Source: Methylobacter sp. (lineage in GTDB: Bacteria; Pseudomonadota; Gammaproteobacteria; Methylococcales; Methylomonadaceae). From it: 64,000 nucleotides of DNA. Below are positions 1-9,568 of this stretch, one piece after another (the stretch's first letter is position 1; every line of letters starts with the position of its first letter). The stretch is from NCBI GenBank assembly GCA_047920955.1, contig JBLRXA010000001.1:1200-65199 (forward strand). Reading direction: 5' to 3'. The translations under genes were made by a program, and so were the position numbers. The notes under the pieces are model-generated. The model saw only the letters and a list, made by a program, of their open reading frames with translations. It was not told the DNA's origin and searched no databases.

Positions 1-158
1 TTCTGGGCTCCGCTCGGAAATGCACTGGCCAACTCGCTCAGGTTGATGCTCCTCAGCTTGAGCAGGGCTATTAACATCCCAGCAAAGCAGTCCATTCTTG
101 CCTTATTCCAGTTGAACGTTTGGTTGAGTTCTGTCGAGAGCTGCCCTATTTGCTGCAT
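1..158 (-). CDS. IS4-family transposase, N-terminal part (truncated by window edge)
   Basis: Manual translation from ATG at 158: MQQIGQLSTELNQTFNWNKARMDCFAGMLIALLKLRSINLSELASAFPSGAQ, like ISAba1-type transposase N-termini; absent from ORF track. Confidence 0.75.
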   Translation of the reverse strand, partial: MQQIGQLSTELNQTFNWNKARMDCFAGMLIALLKLRSINLSELASAFPSGAQ

Positions 159-244
159 ATCCAGTGTCCACCTTGGCAAAAAAGGTGGATATATAGGGAT
201 TCTGCTTTCTATTTCAATGGGTTATTTTTTTGTCATGTACAGAG
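1..244 (-). mobile_element. Left end of an IS4-family (ISAba1/IS10-like) insertion sequence, running off the window start
   Basis: Minus strand 244..229 reads CTCTGTACATGACAAA, resembling the ISAba1-type terminal IR (CTCTGTACACGACAAA); a transposase-like ORF follows. Confidence 0.8.
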
Positions 245-317
245 ACGGTCTTTTTAGATTTAGGTGATTTCCGAAAAATAATATCCCCCTGATGATCTTG
301 GGCTGTAGAAAAACAGC

Positions 318-425
318 GTCCACGAACACGAAAGCCATGAAAAAAAGCAGCGAAAATAATAGCATTGCTTATTTTGTATCGCTTGGGAATGCCTACTTTT
401 TTGGTTTTTCGTGTTTTTCGTGGAC
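318..425. repeat. Imperfect inverted repeat of the CCACGAA..CACGAAA / TTTCGTG..TTCGTGG type
   Basis: GTCCACGAACACGAAA (318-333) pairs with TTTCGTGTTTTTCGTGGAC (407-425); related copy at 30937-31003. Confidence 0.65.
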
Positions 426-485
426 AATTATTTGGGTATGCTTTTTTTCAGGAAATGGCCTTAAGCGTTGGCGAAATAGCAGATG

Positions 486-890
486 CTATTCCTCTGCTAC
501 TTTAATCAGCCATCCGGTTTTATCAGAACAGCCTAACAGAGCGGTTGCTTTGACATTGATTCTGACAAAATTGCCGTTAAATTCGGTTGGTAACTTTGCC
601 TTAACACGATGAAAACTGCTGTTGCTTTCAATGGTATAGTCGAGTTTTTTGTTCTTAGCCGTTAATATAATGGTTTCTGGATCAGCCCAAGGCGAAATCA
701 TAAAAGAAAGCGTCGATTCAGGTGCAACTTCTGTTTTTTCCGGTTCTTGATAAACCGGAAGGCTAAATTCCCTAAATTGAGGTTTTTTGCAAATCTCGTC
801 GACCTTGCCGACATCATAGGCACTTGCTGTGCCGTTAAATAATACTGCTGTAATAAATAGTAGAGGGCTAATTGTTTTTGCTGCTTTCAT
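486..890 (-). CDS. Secreted hypothetical protein (CKKPxF...FVRINV...GWL family)
   Basis: 134 aa, signal peptide ending ASA, AGGAG RBS; paralog at 40954..41328. Confidence 0.8.
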   Translation of the reverse strand: MKAAKTISPLLFITAVLFNGTASAYDVGKVDEICKKPQFREFSLPVYQEPEKTEVAPESTLSFMISPWADPETIILTAKNKKLDYTIESNSSFHRVKAKLPTEFNGNFVRINVKATALLGCSDKTGWLIKVAEE

Positions 891-1064
891 TTATTTCACT
901 CCTTAAAAACTTTGTGTTGTCGTGGGTTATTTAGGTTCGTCTATTGCGTTAAATAAAATGCTGGATTGATTTTTTTCAACATCTTACACAACATATCCTT
1001 CAGACAAAATTGACGATGTCTTGTACAATATCGAAATTTTAAATTTTAGCAAGAGAACACCACA

Positions 1065-2123
1065 TTGAGCGAACAAAATGAACAAGGCCTGAATTATAAA
1101 GGCGCTGGCGTTGACATAGAAGCGGGTAATGCACTGGTCGAACGCATTAAGCCGATTGCTGCTAGGACAAGGACGGCGGGCGTTATGGCCGGTTTGGGCG
1201 GCTTCGGTTCTATGTTCGAGCTACCGCTGGATCGTTACCAGCAGCCGATTTTAGTGTCCGGTACCGATGGCGTGGGCACTAAACTGAAACTGGCCAATGA
1301 ATTGGCTATTCATGACACGATTGGCATTGATTTGGTGGCGATGTGTGTTAACGATATTATCGTTCAGGGCGCCGAGCCTTTATTTTTTCTCGATTATTTT
1401 GCGACCGGCAAACTTGATGTTGACACAGCGGCGGCCGTCGTCGAAGGCATAGGCAAGGGTTGTGAATTGGCCGGTGCTGCGCTGGTTGGTGGTGAAACTG
1501 CAGAGATGCCCGGCATGTATGCGGACGGCGAATATGATTTGGCCGGTTTTTGCGTCGGTATCGTCGAGAAAAGCAAAGTGCTTGACGGCAGCAAAGTCCA
1601 GGTCGGCGATAAGCTGATCGGTATTGCCTCCTCAGGCCCCCATTCCAATGGTTATTCACTCATCCGAAAAATTATTGCGCATAGCAATGCAGCACTGGCA
1701 GAGCCGTTCAATGGCAAAACTTTGGGCGAGGCTTTGCTGGAACCCACCCGAATTTATGTGAAGCCATTGTTGGCGCTGTTGGACAAAGTGCCGGTACATG
1801 CTCTGGCGCATATTACCGGCGGCGGCTTGACCGAAAATTTGCCGCGTGTACTGCCAACCGGTATTAACGCACAGATCAATCTTGCCAGCTGGGCGTTTCC
1901 TGCTATTTTTAAGTGGTTACAGGAAAAGGGTAATGTCTCGCAGCCGGATATGCTGACCACTTTTAATTGCGGCATCGGCATGATTGTTTGCGTTGCCGCC
2001 GAAGATGAACAAGCGACGCTTGAAACGCTAACCCAGCTGGGCGAAACGGCTTTTATCATTGGCGAACTGGTTGGGTCTGAAGGCAAACCGGAAGTCATTT
2101 ACCTGAAGTCCGTTACTTCCTGA
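1065..2123 (+). CDS. purM: Phosphoribosylformylglycinamidine cyclo-ligase (AIR synthetase)
   Basis: [31 protein letters not shown] and TFNCGIG motifs. Confidence 0.98.
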   Translation: MSEQNEQGLNYKGAGVDIEAGNALVERIKPIAARTRTAGVMAGLGGFGSMFELPLDRYQQPILVSGTDGVGTKLKLANELAIHDTIGIDLVAMCVNDIIVQGAEPLFFLDYFATGKLDVDTAAAVVEGIGKGCELAGAALVGGETAEMPGMYADGEYDLAGFCVGIVEKSKVLDGSKVQVGDKLIGIASSGPHSNGYSLIRKIIAHSNAALAEPFNGKTLGEALLEPTRIYVKPLLALLDKVPVHALAHITGGGLTENLPRVLPTGINAQINLASWAFPAIFKWLQEKGNVSQPDMLTTFNCGIGMIVCVAAEDEQATLETLTQLGETAFIIGELVGSEGKPEVIYLKSVTS

Positions 2124-2130
2124 AAAATCG

Positions 2131-2264
2131 CCTTAGGTAACGAGCAAAAAATATTCCACGTTCTTCTCACGGTAGTTGGAGTCCAAAGCTGGCTTTGGCT
2201 GTTCAAAGCTAGCTTTGAACTCCGACAGAGGCGGCGGGTGTTATTTTTTGCGCGCTACCTTAGG
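2131..2264. repeat. MITE/REPIN-like element with 23-bp terminal inverted repeats and an internal long palindrome
   Basis: CCTTAGGTAACGAGCAAAAAATA versus reverse complement of 2242-2264 (20/23 match); nested palindrome at 2175-2226. Confidence 0.7.
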
Positions 2265-2278
2265 AACGCGCACAAAAC

Positions 2279-2346
2279 AACTTGGGCAAGTTCATCCCTC
2301 GACAGGCTCAGGACGAACGGTATCTGAATTTTAAGTTGCCTAAGTT
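2279..2346. repeat. Small TIR-bounded element carrying a REP-like hairpin
   Basis: AACTTGGGCAA...TTGCCTAAGTT ends enclosing GTTCATCCCTCGACAGGCTCAGGACGAACGG. Confidence 0.6.
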
Positions 2347-2362
2347 ATTTCATGCTCATTCT

Positions 2363-5077
2363 TTAGTGCGCTTCATCCCAATTATTGCCGACACCAATGT
2401 CAACTAGCAGCGGCACATTAAGCGTTGCTGCTGAACACATCAACGCTCTGATTGCCACTATACAGCTGTCCAGCTGCCCCTCGGCAATCTCAAACACCAG
2501 CTCGTCATGCACTTGCATGATCATTTTGGCATCCGGGTTTTCTTTATACAGCCACTGGTCGGCGGCAATCATCGCACGTTTGATGATGTCGGCGGCGGTG
2601 CCCTGCATCGGCGCATTAATCGCGGTGCGTTCGGCATATTGGCGCCGCGCCGCGTTGCGTGAATTGATTTCCGGCAAATACAAGCGCCGACCGAACAACG
2701 TTTCCACATAGCCTTGCGTGCGCGCCTGCTCCCTTGTGCTGTCCATATAATTTTTAACGCCCGGATAACGGGCAAAATACAAGTCGATATAGGCTTGCGC
2801 CTGCTTTCGCGCCAAGCCCAGTTGTTGCGCCAGCCCAAACGCCGACATGCCGTAAATCAGGCCAAAATTAATGGCTTTAGCAGAACGGCGCAAATCGGTC
2901 GTGACTTGTTCGGGCGCGACGCCAAACACCTCTGCCGCTGTCGCCCGGTGTACGTCCTGGCCTTCGCTAAAGGCTTTTAACAAGCCTGCATCCGCCGACA
3001 AATGCGCCATGATGCGCAATTCGATTTGCGAATAATCGGCGGCGACTATTTTTCTGCCGGGCGGGGCGATAAACGCCTGCCGGATTTTGCGGCCTTCTTC
3101 GCTACGTATCGGAATATTTTGCAAATTAGGGTCGGAAGACGACAGTCGGCCGGTAGCGGCAACGGCTTGATGGTAGGAGGTATGAACGCGGCCGCTTTGT
3201 CCGTCAACCTGTTGCGGCAACTTGTCGGTGTAGGTCGATTTCAGCTTGCTTAAACTGCGATGCTCCAGAATCAGCTTGGGCAGCGGATAATCCAGCGCCA
3301 ACTCCTGCAACACTGATTCTTCCGTTGACGGCTGGCCTTTGGGCGTTTTCTTTAAGATCGGCAGTTTTTGCTGATCGTAAAGAATATCTTGAATCTGTTT
3401 CGGCGAACCCAGGTTAAAAGTTTGCCCGGCCAAATCATGCGCACGTTGTTCCAGCGAAATAATCTGGCTGGACAGCTCCAAACTTTGCTGCGCCAGCATC
3501 GCAGTGTCGATTAACACGCCGTTGCTTTCAAGGCGCGCCAGCACGCTGATCAGCGGAATTTCCATATCGCTATATAAGGCCAGCAATTTAGGCTGTTGCG
3601 CCAGTTTTGCCGACAACACCTGATGCAAGCGCAAGGTAATGTCGGCATCTTCCGCCGCGTAAGGCGCCGCTTGTTCAATCGGCACCTCCTGAAAGCCGAT
3701 TTGCTTGGCGCCTTTACCCGCCACATCTTCATAATGAATGGTCTCGACGCCGAGATATACCTTGGCCAAATCATCCATATTGTGCTTGGTCGCAGTGCTG
3801 TTCAATACGTAGGATTCGAGCATGGTATCGTGCGTAATGCCGCGCAAGGTAATGCCGTGATTAGCCAGTACATGGCTGTCGTATTTCAGATTTTGACCGA
3901 GTTTAGCTTTATCCGGGTTTTCCAATAAAGGCCGCAATTTTTCCAATACCTCAGTACGATTTAACTGTGTCGGCGCACTCGGATAGTCATGGGCTAGCGG
4001 CAGGTAGGCGGCTTTGCCCGGCGTAACCGCAAACGATACGCCAACAATGTGCGCCTTGCTGTAATCCAGACTGGTGGTTTCGGTGTCGAAAGCAAACAAC
4101 TCGGCCTGTTCCAGCTGCGCCAGCCAATCATTAAAATGCTGTTCGGTTAAAATGGTTTCATAATGTGCATCAATGCTATCCGGCACCTGTTCGGCTTGAG
4201 CCGGTTCAGCGTCAACAAACGCAGGTGCTGCATCCAACATTTTAAGCCAAGACGAAAAGCCCAGTTCAGCCAACAAATATTTCAACTCGACTTTGTCCAT
4301 CGGCTGCTGTTTCAAATCTTCGATGCCGTAAGGCAAATTCAGATCGCATTTTATCGTCGTCAGTTGTTTCGACAAGGGCAATTGCGCCAAACTGGCGCGC
4401 AGGTAAGCGCCGATTTTGCCGGTGATGTCATCGGCGTGGGCGATTAAATTGTCCAATGATTGATACTGCGCCAGCCATTTCGCCGCCGTTTTCGGGCCGA
4501 CTTTAGGTACGCCGGGAATGTTATCGACGGTGTCGCCAATCAGCGCCAGATAATCGATAATTTGCTCCGGCCTGACGCCGAATTTGTCGATCACGCCCTG
4601 AATGTCCAGGCGCGTATTGGACATCGTGTTTTCCAGAATAATATGCTCAGTGACCAACTGCGCCATATCCTTGTCGCCGGTGGAAATAATCACCTGATAA
4701 CCTTGTTGCACGGCCTGTTGCGCCAGCGCGCCCAGCACATCGTCGGCCTCGACGCCGGACTCCATAATCAACGGCAAACCCATAGCGCGGATCAGCTTAT
4801 GCAAAGGCTCGATTTGAACGCGCAAATCATCCGGCATCGGCGGCCTGTGGGCTTTGTACTGATCGTAAAGCGCATTGCGAAACGTTTTGCCCGGCGCATC
4901 GAACACTACCGTGATGTAATCGCTGTGATAGTCGGCAATCAATTTACGCAGCATATTGCTGACGCCGTAAATCGCATTAGTCGGTTCGCCCTTGGCATTG
5001 GTTAGCGGCGGCACCGCATGGTAAGCACGGAATAAAAAAGAGGAGCCGTCAACTAGGATAAGGCGTTTTAGGTTCAA
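2363..5077 (-). CDS. polA: DNA polymerase I
   Basis: LVDGSS 5'-3' exonuclease, FDTETT 3'-5' exonuclease, DYSQIELR, AKAINFGLIYG, QVHDEL. Confidence 0.99.
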   Translation of the reverse strand: MNLKRLILVDGSSFLFRAYHAVPPLTNAKGEPTNAIYGVSNMLRKLIADYHSDYITVVFDAPGKTFRNALYDQYKAHRPPMPDDLRVQIEPLHKLIRAMGLPLIMESGVEADDVLGALAQQAVQQGYQVIISTGDKDMAQLVTEHIILENTMSNTRLDIQGVIDKFGVRPEQIIDYLALIGDTVDNIPGVPKVGPKTAAKWLAQYQSLDNLIAHADDITGKIGAYLRASLAQLPLSKQLTTIKCDLNLPYGIEDLKQQPMDKVELKYLLAELGFSSWLKMLDAAPAFVDAEPAQAEQVPDSIDAHYETILTEQHFNDWLAQLEQAELFAFDTETTSLDYSKAHIVGVSFAVTPGKAAYLPLAHDYPSAPTQLNRTEVLEKLRPLLENPDKAKLGQNLKYDSHVLANHGITLRGITHDTMLESYVLNSTATKHNMDDLAKVYLGVETIHYEDVAGKGAKQIGFQEVPIEQAAPYAAEDADITLRLHQVLSAKLAQQPKLLALYSDMEIPLISVLARLESNGVLIDTAMLAQQSLELSSQIISLEQRAHDLAGQTFNLGSPKQIQDILYDQQKLPILKKTPKGQPSTEESVLQELALDYPLPKLILEHRSLSKLKSTYTDKLPQQVDGQSGRVHTSYHQAVAATGRLSSSDPNLQNIPIRSEEGRKIRQAFIAPPGRKIVAADYSQIELRIMAHLSADAGLLKAFSEGQDVHRATAAEVFGVAPEQVTTDLRRSAKAINFGLIYGMSAFGLAQQLGLARKQAQAYIDLYFARYPGVKNYMDSTREQARTQGYVETLFGRRLYLPEINSRNAARRQYAERTAINAPMQGTAADIIKRAMIAADQWLYKENPDAKMIMQVHDELVFEIAEGQLDSCIVAIRALMCSAATLNVPLLVDIGVGNNWDEAH

Positions 5078-5133
5078 GGTCGTGTCCAGGGTTAGAGTGT
5101 TTATTTCCCATTCCTATGTGGCGCGTGGGAACG

Positions 5134-5224
5134 TTGCGCCCTTGAGGGCGTATTATCAGTACGGTGAAAGTCCATGCCAGAGTAAGCCAAAAACCCTGAA
5201 ATTGAAAGTAACGGCGTCGGGGAC
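5134..5224 (+). mobile_element. Probable 5' fragment (domain I start) of a group II intron
   Basis: TTGCGCCC-TTGA-GGGCG...GGTGAAAGTCC...GAAAGTAACGGCGTC resembles bacterial group II intron 5' ends, directly after a hairpin at 5105-5131; no RT ORF or 3' end seen. Confidence 0.5.
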
Positions 5225-5281
5225 TTAAAATCAGGAACTAAAATTTCGAATATTGGGAACCCGATAACTGCTTCGTTGTTT

Positions 5282-6121
5282 TCAAAGGCCTTTCAAGGCA
5301 TTCTTACGCATCCTGAGATAAAAATCTTCCATGACCTCAATAAATGAACTTTGTTTTTGCCAAAATGCGGGGAAATCACCGCCTTTTTTGATTAACATGG
5401 CTGGAATAGTCGCCGCTTGGCTGGGTTCTATGCTTTTTGGCAAGGGCTGCTGGCCGTGCCAAAAAGCTTTTAAGCTGATTTGCTGGGGCAGTTCTGTGAT
5501 GACGGGACGGGTGTAAAAGCTGTCCACCGGCATTAACTCAACAGGGGCGCTGCCTTTGGCATCGCTTAACACTTTGCCCAACGGTGAATTTGCCAATTCG
5601 TGCAGCAATTTGTCCGGTGCCAAGCCGCGCATTTCAAACAATAAAAACGGATCGTTGTCGAATTGCCCGGCCAGACGGTAACAAACACCGGCAATGTGTT
5701 TGCACGGCACGGCATAATCCGGGCAACTGCAGGATACCTTGAAATCTTTATAGTCATTGGGCAGCAGATGTACGCCAGCTTCAGCAAACACGGTTTCTAT
5801 GTTTTCCGGGATTTCATTGAGCAACAATCTGGCGATAAAACTGGCCCGCTGGCTGAGTTTTTTAATGACTTTTTGCCATTGCGCCTCGGATAAATGGGCC
5901 ATTTGCACACTGACTTTATAGGTTGGTTCTTTATACACGCCAAAATACGGATTGATGTTGCCGCGCAGTTTGGCGTCGACTTTGCCGTTCTGGAGTAGCC
6001 ATTGTTTGATGCGGTTGTCGGTGGAATAGGAGCGTCCACGGGTCAGACGGCCGCTGTCGGTAAAATCTTCCAGGGCGACCAGAAAGCGCTGTCCCCACCA
6101 GGTTTTTGCATAGTTGCTCAT
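5282..6121 (-). CDS. SWIM zinc-finger protein
   Basis: CSCPD-x4-CKH SWIM motif, TWWG N-terminus, DPFLLFEMRG; likely start MSNYAK at 6121. Confidence 0.92.
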   Translation of the reverse strand: MSNYAKTWWGQRFLVALEDFTDSGRLTRGRSYSTDNRIKQWLLQNGKVDAKLRGNINPYFGVYKEPTYKVSVQMAHLSEAQWQKVIKKLSQRASFIARLLLNEIPENIETVFAEAGVHLLPNDYKDFKVSCSCPDYAVPCKHIAGVCYRLAGQFDNDPFLLFEMRGLAPDKLLHELANSPLGKVLSDAKGSAPVELMPVDSFYTRPVITELPQQISLKAFWHGQQPLPKSIEPSQAATIPAMLIKKGGDFPAFWQKQSSFIEVMEDFYLRMRKNALKGL

Positions 6122-6122
6122 G

Positions 6123-9100
6123 TCAGTTTTCCATAATGCTGTGTTTATTGAGCGCAATCAGTTCTTTGAACGCCTGATTATCAAGTTTGGTCAGCCAGCT
6201 TTCGTCATTGCCGACGATGCTGTCGGCCATTTTTTGCTTGTCGCTGATCATTTGGTCGATGCGCTCTTCCAGGGTGCCCAGCGTGACAAATTTATGCACG
6301 AAGACATTTTTTTGCTGGCCGATACGAAATGCCCGGTCGGTGGCCTGATTTTCAACGGCAGGATTCCACCAGCGATCAAAATGAAACACATGGTTAGCCT
6401 GGGTTAAAGTGATACCGACACCACCGGCTTTGAGCGACAGGATAAAAACAGCCGGCCCGGTGTCCGGATCTTGAAAATCGCTGATCATCAGTTCGCGTTT
6501 GTTACGCGGCGTGCCGCCATGCAGATAGTAGGTTTTATAGTGTTTTTCCTTGGCCAGATAACGTTCCAGGTTTTCGCCAATTTCGGTAAATTGAGTAAAC
6601 ACCAGTACGCTGTCGCCTTGTTCCATGGCTTCTTCGAGCATTTCGCCGATGCGTTCCAGCTTGTGCGAGCGTTCCGGGGTAAAGGCGCTGCCATCTTGAA
6701 AAAACTGCATCGGATGATTGCACACCTGTTTCAATTTCATCAAGGTCGACAGCATCAGGCCTTGGCGCTGAATGCCTTCTGCCTCCTCCAATTGCGTTAG
6801 CACATCATTGACCACGACTTCATACAAGGCCGCTTGTTCTTTGCTCAAATTGCAATAAATCTTGTTGTCGATTTTATCGGGCAAATCTTTGATGATGGCT
6901 TTGTCGGTTTTCAAGCGCCGCAAAATAAACGGCTGGATCAGTTTTTTCAGGATAGCCGATTGTATCGGGTTATTATCGCGCTGCACCGGCAACTCGTAGG
7001 TTTTGCGAAATTGCGCTTGCTTGCCCAAATAGCCGGGGTTAAGGAAATTGAAAATCGACCATAAATCCATCAGGCGATTTTCTACCGGCGTACCGGTTAA
7101 GGCCAAACGGCAATCGGCTTCGAGTTTTAAAATGGCTTTGGTTTGCGCGGCGACTGGATTTTTAATGTTTTGTGCTTCATCCAGAACGATGCGGTGCCAG
7201 TGCAAGCTGCCCAGTAATTTGCTGTCTTTGCGGGCGAGGGTGTAAGAGGTAATCAGCAAATCATGCTGCAAGCACAGTTGTTTGAATGCTTCGGCATCTT
7301 GTTCGCGGTCACTGCCGTGATGAATTAAGGTGGTCAAATGCGGGGCAAACTTTTCGATTTCTTTTTGCCAGTTGCCGATGACCGATGTCGGTGCAATCAG
7401 CAGTGTAGGGCCGGGCTGCTGGCCTTGCCCGCGCTCCAACACTAACACGCTGATCACCTGCATGGTTTTACCCAAGCCCATGTCGTCGGCCAAACAGCCG
7501 TTTAAACCTAAATTCTCTAAATAGCGCAACCAAGCCACGCCGCGCTTTTGATAATCCCGCAGTTCAGCGTTCAGTTGTGCAGGATTGTCGATCAGTTCGA
7601 AGCGGCTGTTATCGGACAGTTTTGCCAGCATCTGCGCCAGACTGTCGTGAACATCCAGTTCAAAGTCATCGGCTTCTTCGGCCAGTTTTCGCAATAAGTC
7701 CTGCACCGACATGTCGGGGGCGGCGGTCTTTTGCTGCATAAAGGCCAGCATTTCCTGCATTTTATCGCGATCCAATTCCATCCACTGGCCGCGAAAATGA
7801 ATCAACGGCGCTTTGGCCTCGACCAGTTGCTGCCATTCTTCAGGGCTTAACGATTCGTCACCGATGGCCAGCTCATAGTGATAATCGGTCAACTTGTCCA
7901 TAGAAAAATAGGACTGACTGCTGGCTGCCGCCGATTTGGCTTTGCTGCCGGAGCGCAACCGGAGTTTGGCGCGGCGTCGGCCTTTTGGGGTTAGCCAAGC
8001 CGGAATAATGATTTTAAAACCGGCATCTTCCAAGATCCAGGCGCTTTCTTTCAAAAATTCAAAGGCCTCATCCAGCGTAAGCTGCACACTATCAGGCTCG
8101 CTGCCTTCCATGCCCAGCCACAATTTAGGGTAAATGCGCGCTGCTTGCGCCAAATTAATCAGTAGCTGCTGTTCAATCGTCTGCCCGAATTGTTGTTGCA
8201 ACAGCGTGTGAAAGTGATCTTTATGCGCCCAAAAATCGGCCAAATCCAATTTAAGCGAGGGGTCTTTGTGCGATGATAAAAAGAACTGCAAACGCCATTG
8301 GTCAACAGCCTCGGCATCGGCTTCAAGTAATTGCAAACCTAATTGCAGCGAACTTTGCGCCTCGGTACCCAACAGTTTTTGCTGCCAGTGCTGCCACTGT
8401 TTGAATTCATCGGGCAGCTGTTGGCAGGTTCTCAGCGGTTCAGCGCCTTGCTTGTCCAGCAGGATGGTTTCTAAAAAATCGTATTGGACTTTTTTAATAA
8501 AAATCTGCGGCATCTCAAGCGCGGCTGTGCTTAGCAGTTCATCAATGACCACTTCGGCAAAATGCCGTAACAACGATTCCGGCTGATAATGTTGGCTGCA
8601 GGCGATCGGCATCTGGGTAATAGCGGTTTGTATCAAGCCCTCATAAGCACTCGATACCGCTTGCCAGCGCCGGTACAGCCCGATTTTATTCCCCATTTTC
8701 CGGCTTAACAGCAACGGAAGATACTGATCCTTGACGATAATTTGTTTTAACGATTGGCTAAAGTAATACCAAAACAAAAAATCGCTACCGATACGATTAT
8801 TGCCCGCCTGTAAACAGCACAAAAAATGGATATTGTTAATCGTTTTTATCGGGCTTTGCAGTGGATAAGCGAATACCTGCCAGTTTTGCAGAGCCACCGT
8901 GGCATCCGTTTCAACATGCTGTCGTTCGGGCGATGGCAGTGGCGCGTCCTCAGTGCTAGGCAACAGCAGCGAAACCAATGTTCCCTGACTTGGACTGATG
9001 GGCGTAACCGCCAACTCGTTTTTTAAAAATTCTAAACAAGGCTTTTCCGGCAAATGCTGAGGATGGAGTGGTTTTTTTAATTTATTAGCCACCCCGTCGC

Positions 9101-9182
9101 TTTCCACCCACAAGTAAAAAGCACCTGTTTGAATAAAGTCTTGTGTGTCTGTTGGAAGCCAAGTCCCATGTATTACGTTCAT
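6123..9182 (-). CDS. SNF2-family DEAD/DEAH helicase-like ATPase (DUF3670-type N-terminus)
   Basis: LADDMGLGKT, LDEAQNIKN, LTGTPVEN, DRWWNPAVENQATDRAFRIGQ; likely start MNVIHGTW. Confidence 0.95.
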   Translation of the reverse strand: MNVIHGTWLPTDTQDFIQTGAFYLWVESDGVANKLKKPLHPQHLPEKPCLEFLKNELAVTPISPSQGTLVSLLLPSTEDAPLPSPERQHVETDATVALQNWQVFAYPLQSPIKTINNIHFLCCLQAGNNRIGSDFLFWYYFSQSLKQIIVKDQYLPLLLSRKMGNKIGLYRRWQAVSSAYEGLIQTAITQMPIACSQHYQPESLLRHFAEVVIDELLSTAALEMPQIFIKKVQYDFLETILLDKQGAEPLRTCQQLPDEFKQWQHWQQKLLGTEAQSSLQLGLQLLEADAEAVDQWRLQFFLSSHKDPSLKLDLADFWAHKDHFHTLLQQQFGQTIEQQLLINLAQAARIYPKLWLGMEGSEPDSVQLTLDEAFEFLKESAWILEDAGFKIIIPAWLTPKGRRRAKLRLRSGSKAKSAAASSQSYFSMDKLTDYHYELAIGDESLSPEEWQQLVEAKAPLIHFRGQWMELDRDKMQEMLAFMQQKTAAPDMSVQDLLRKLAEEADDFELDVHDSLAQMLAKLSDNSRFELIDNPAQLNAELRDYQKRGVAWLRYLENLGLNGCLADDMGLGKTMQVISVLVLERGQGQQPGPTLLIAPTSVIGNWQKEIEKFAPHLTTLIHHGSDREQDAEAFKQLCLQHDLLITSYTLARKDSKLLGSLHWHRIVLDEAQNIKNPVAAQTKAILKLEADCRLALTGTPVENRLMDLWSIFNFLNPGYLGKQAQFRKTYELPVQRDNNPIQSAILKKLIQPFILRRLKTDKAIIKDLPDKIDNKIYCNLSKEQAALYEVVVNDVLTQLEEAEGIQRQGLMLSTLMKLKQVCNHPMQFFQDGSAFTPERSHKLERIGEMLEEAMEQGDSVLVFTQFTEIGENLERYLAKEKHYKTYYLHGGTPRNKRELMISDFQDPDTGPAVFILSLKAGGVGITLTQANHVFHFDRWWNPAVENQATDRAFRIGQQKNVFVHKFVTLGTLEERIDQMISDKQKMADSIVGNDESWLTKLDNQAFKELIALNKHSIMEN

Positions 9183-9245
9183 AAAACTATCAGTTAAGGT
9201 TAATGGAAAACTATACAACTGGATTCATTTTTATAAAGCGTATAC

Positions 9246-9563
9246 TCACTCCCGCTTCATTATTTTGAGCTGCTCGCGCAAGGCATCAAGCTCTTCCATC
9301 AAGTCCAGGGCCAGCGCAATACCGGCCAGATTAACACCTAAATCGCGGTGCAGCCTGAGTGCTGAACGTACCCGCACCTGACTGACGCCGGAAAAGCGCC
9401 ACCTGTGCATTTCATTTCCCTGCGGTTCGATAATGCTTTCTTCCACCAGGCTGATGACCCAATCAGCATGAACGTCGCAAGCATGGCACAATTGCTCTAA
9501 AGTCAAGCTGTCATCTTCAATCACCGTGCCTGTGTGTATCGGTAATAAATCGTATGAACTCAT
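9246..9563 (-). CDS. cbpM: Chaperone modulator CbpM
   Basis: MerR-like; LHRDLGVNLAGIALALDL; directly downstream of cbpA. Confidence 0.93.
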   Translation of the reverse strand: MSSYDLLPIHTGTVIEDDSLTLEQLCHACDVHADWVISLVEESIIEPQGNEMHRWRFSGVSQVRVRSALRLHRDLGVNLAGIALALDLMEELDALREQLKIMKRE

Positions 9564-9568
9564 CGGCT

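Noticed and set aside
43-612. Plus-strand ORFs 43..267 and 292..612
   Set aside because: They overlap the IS end, a hairpin repeat and a better minus-strand gene
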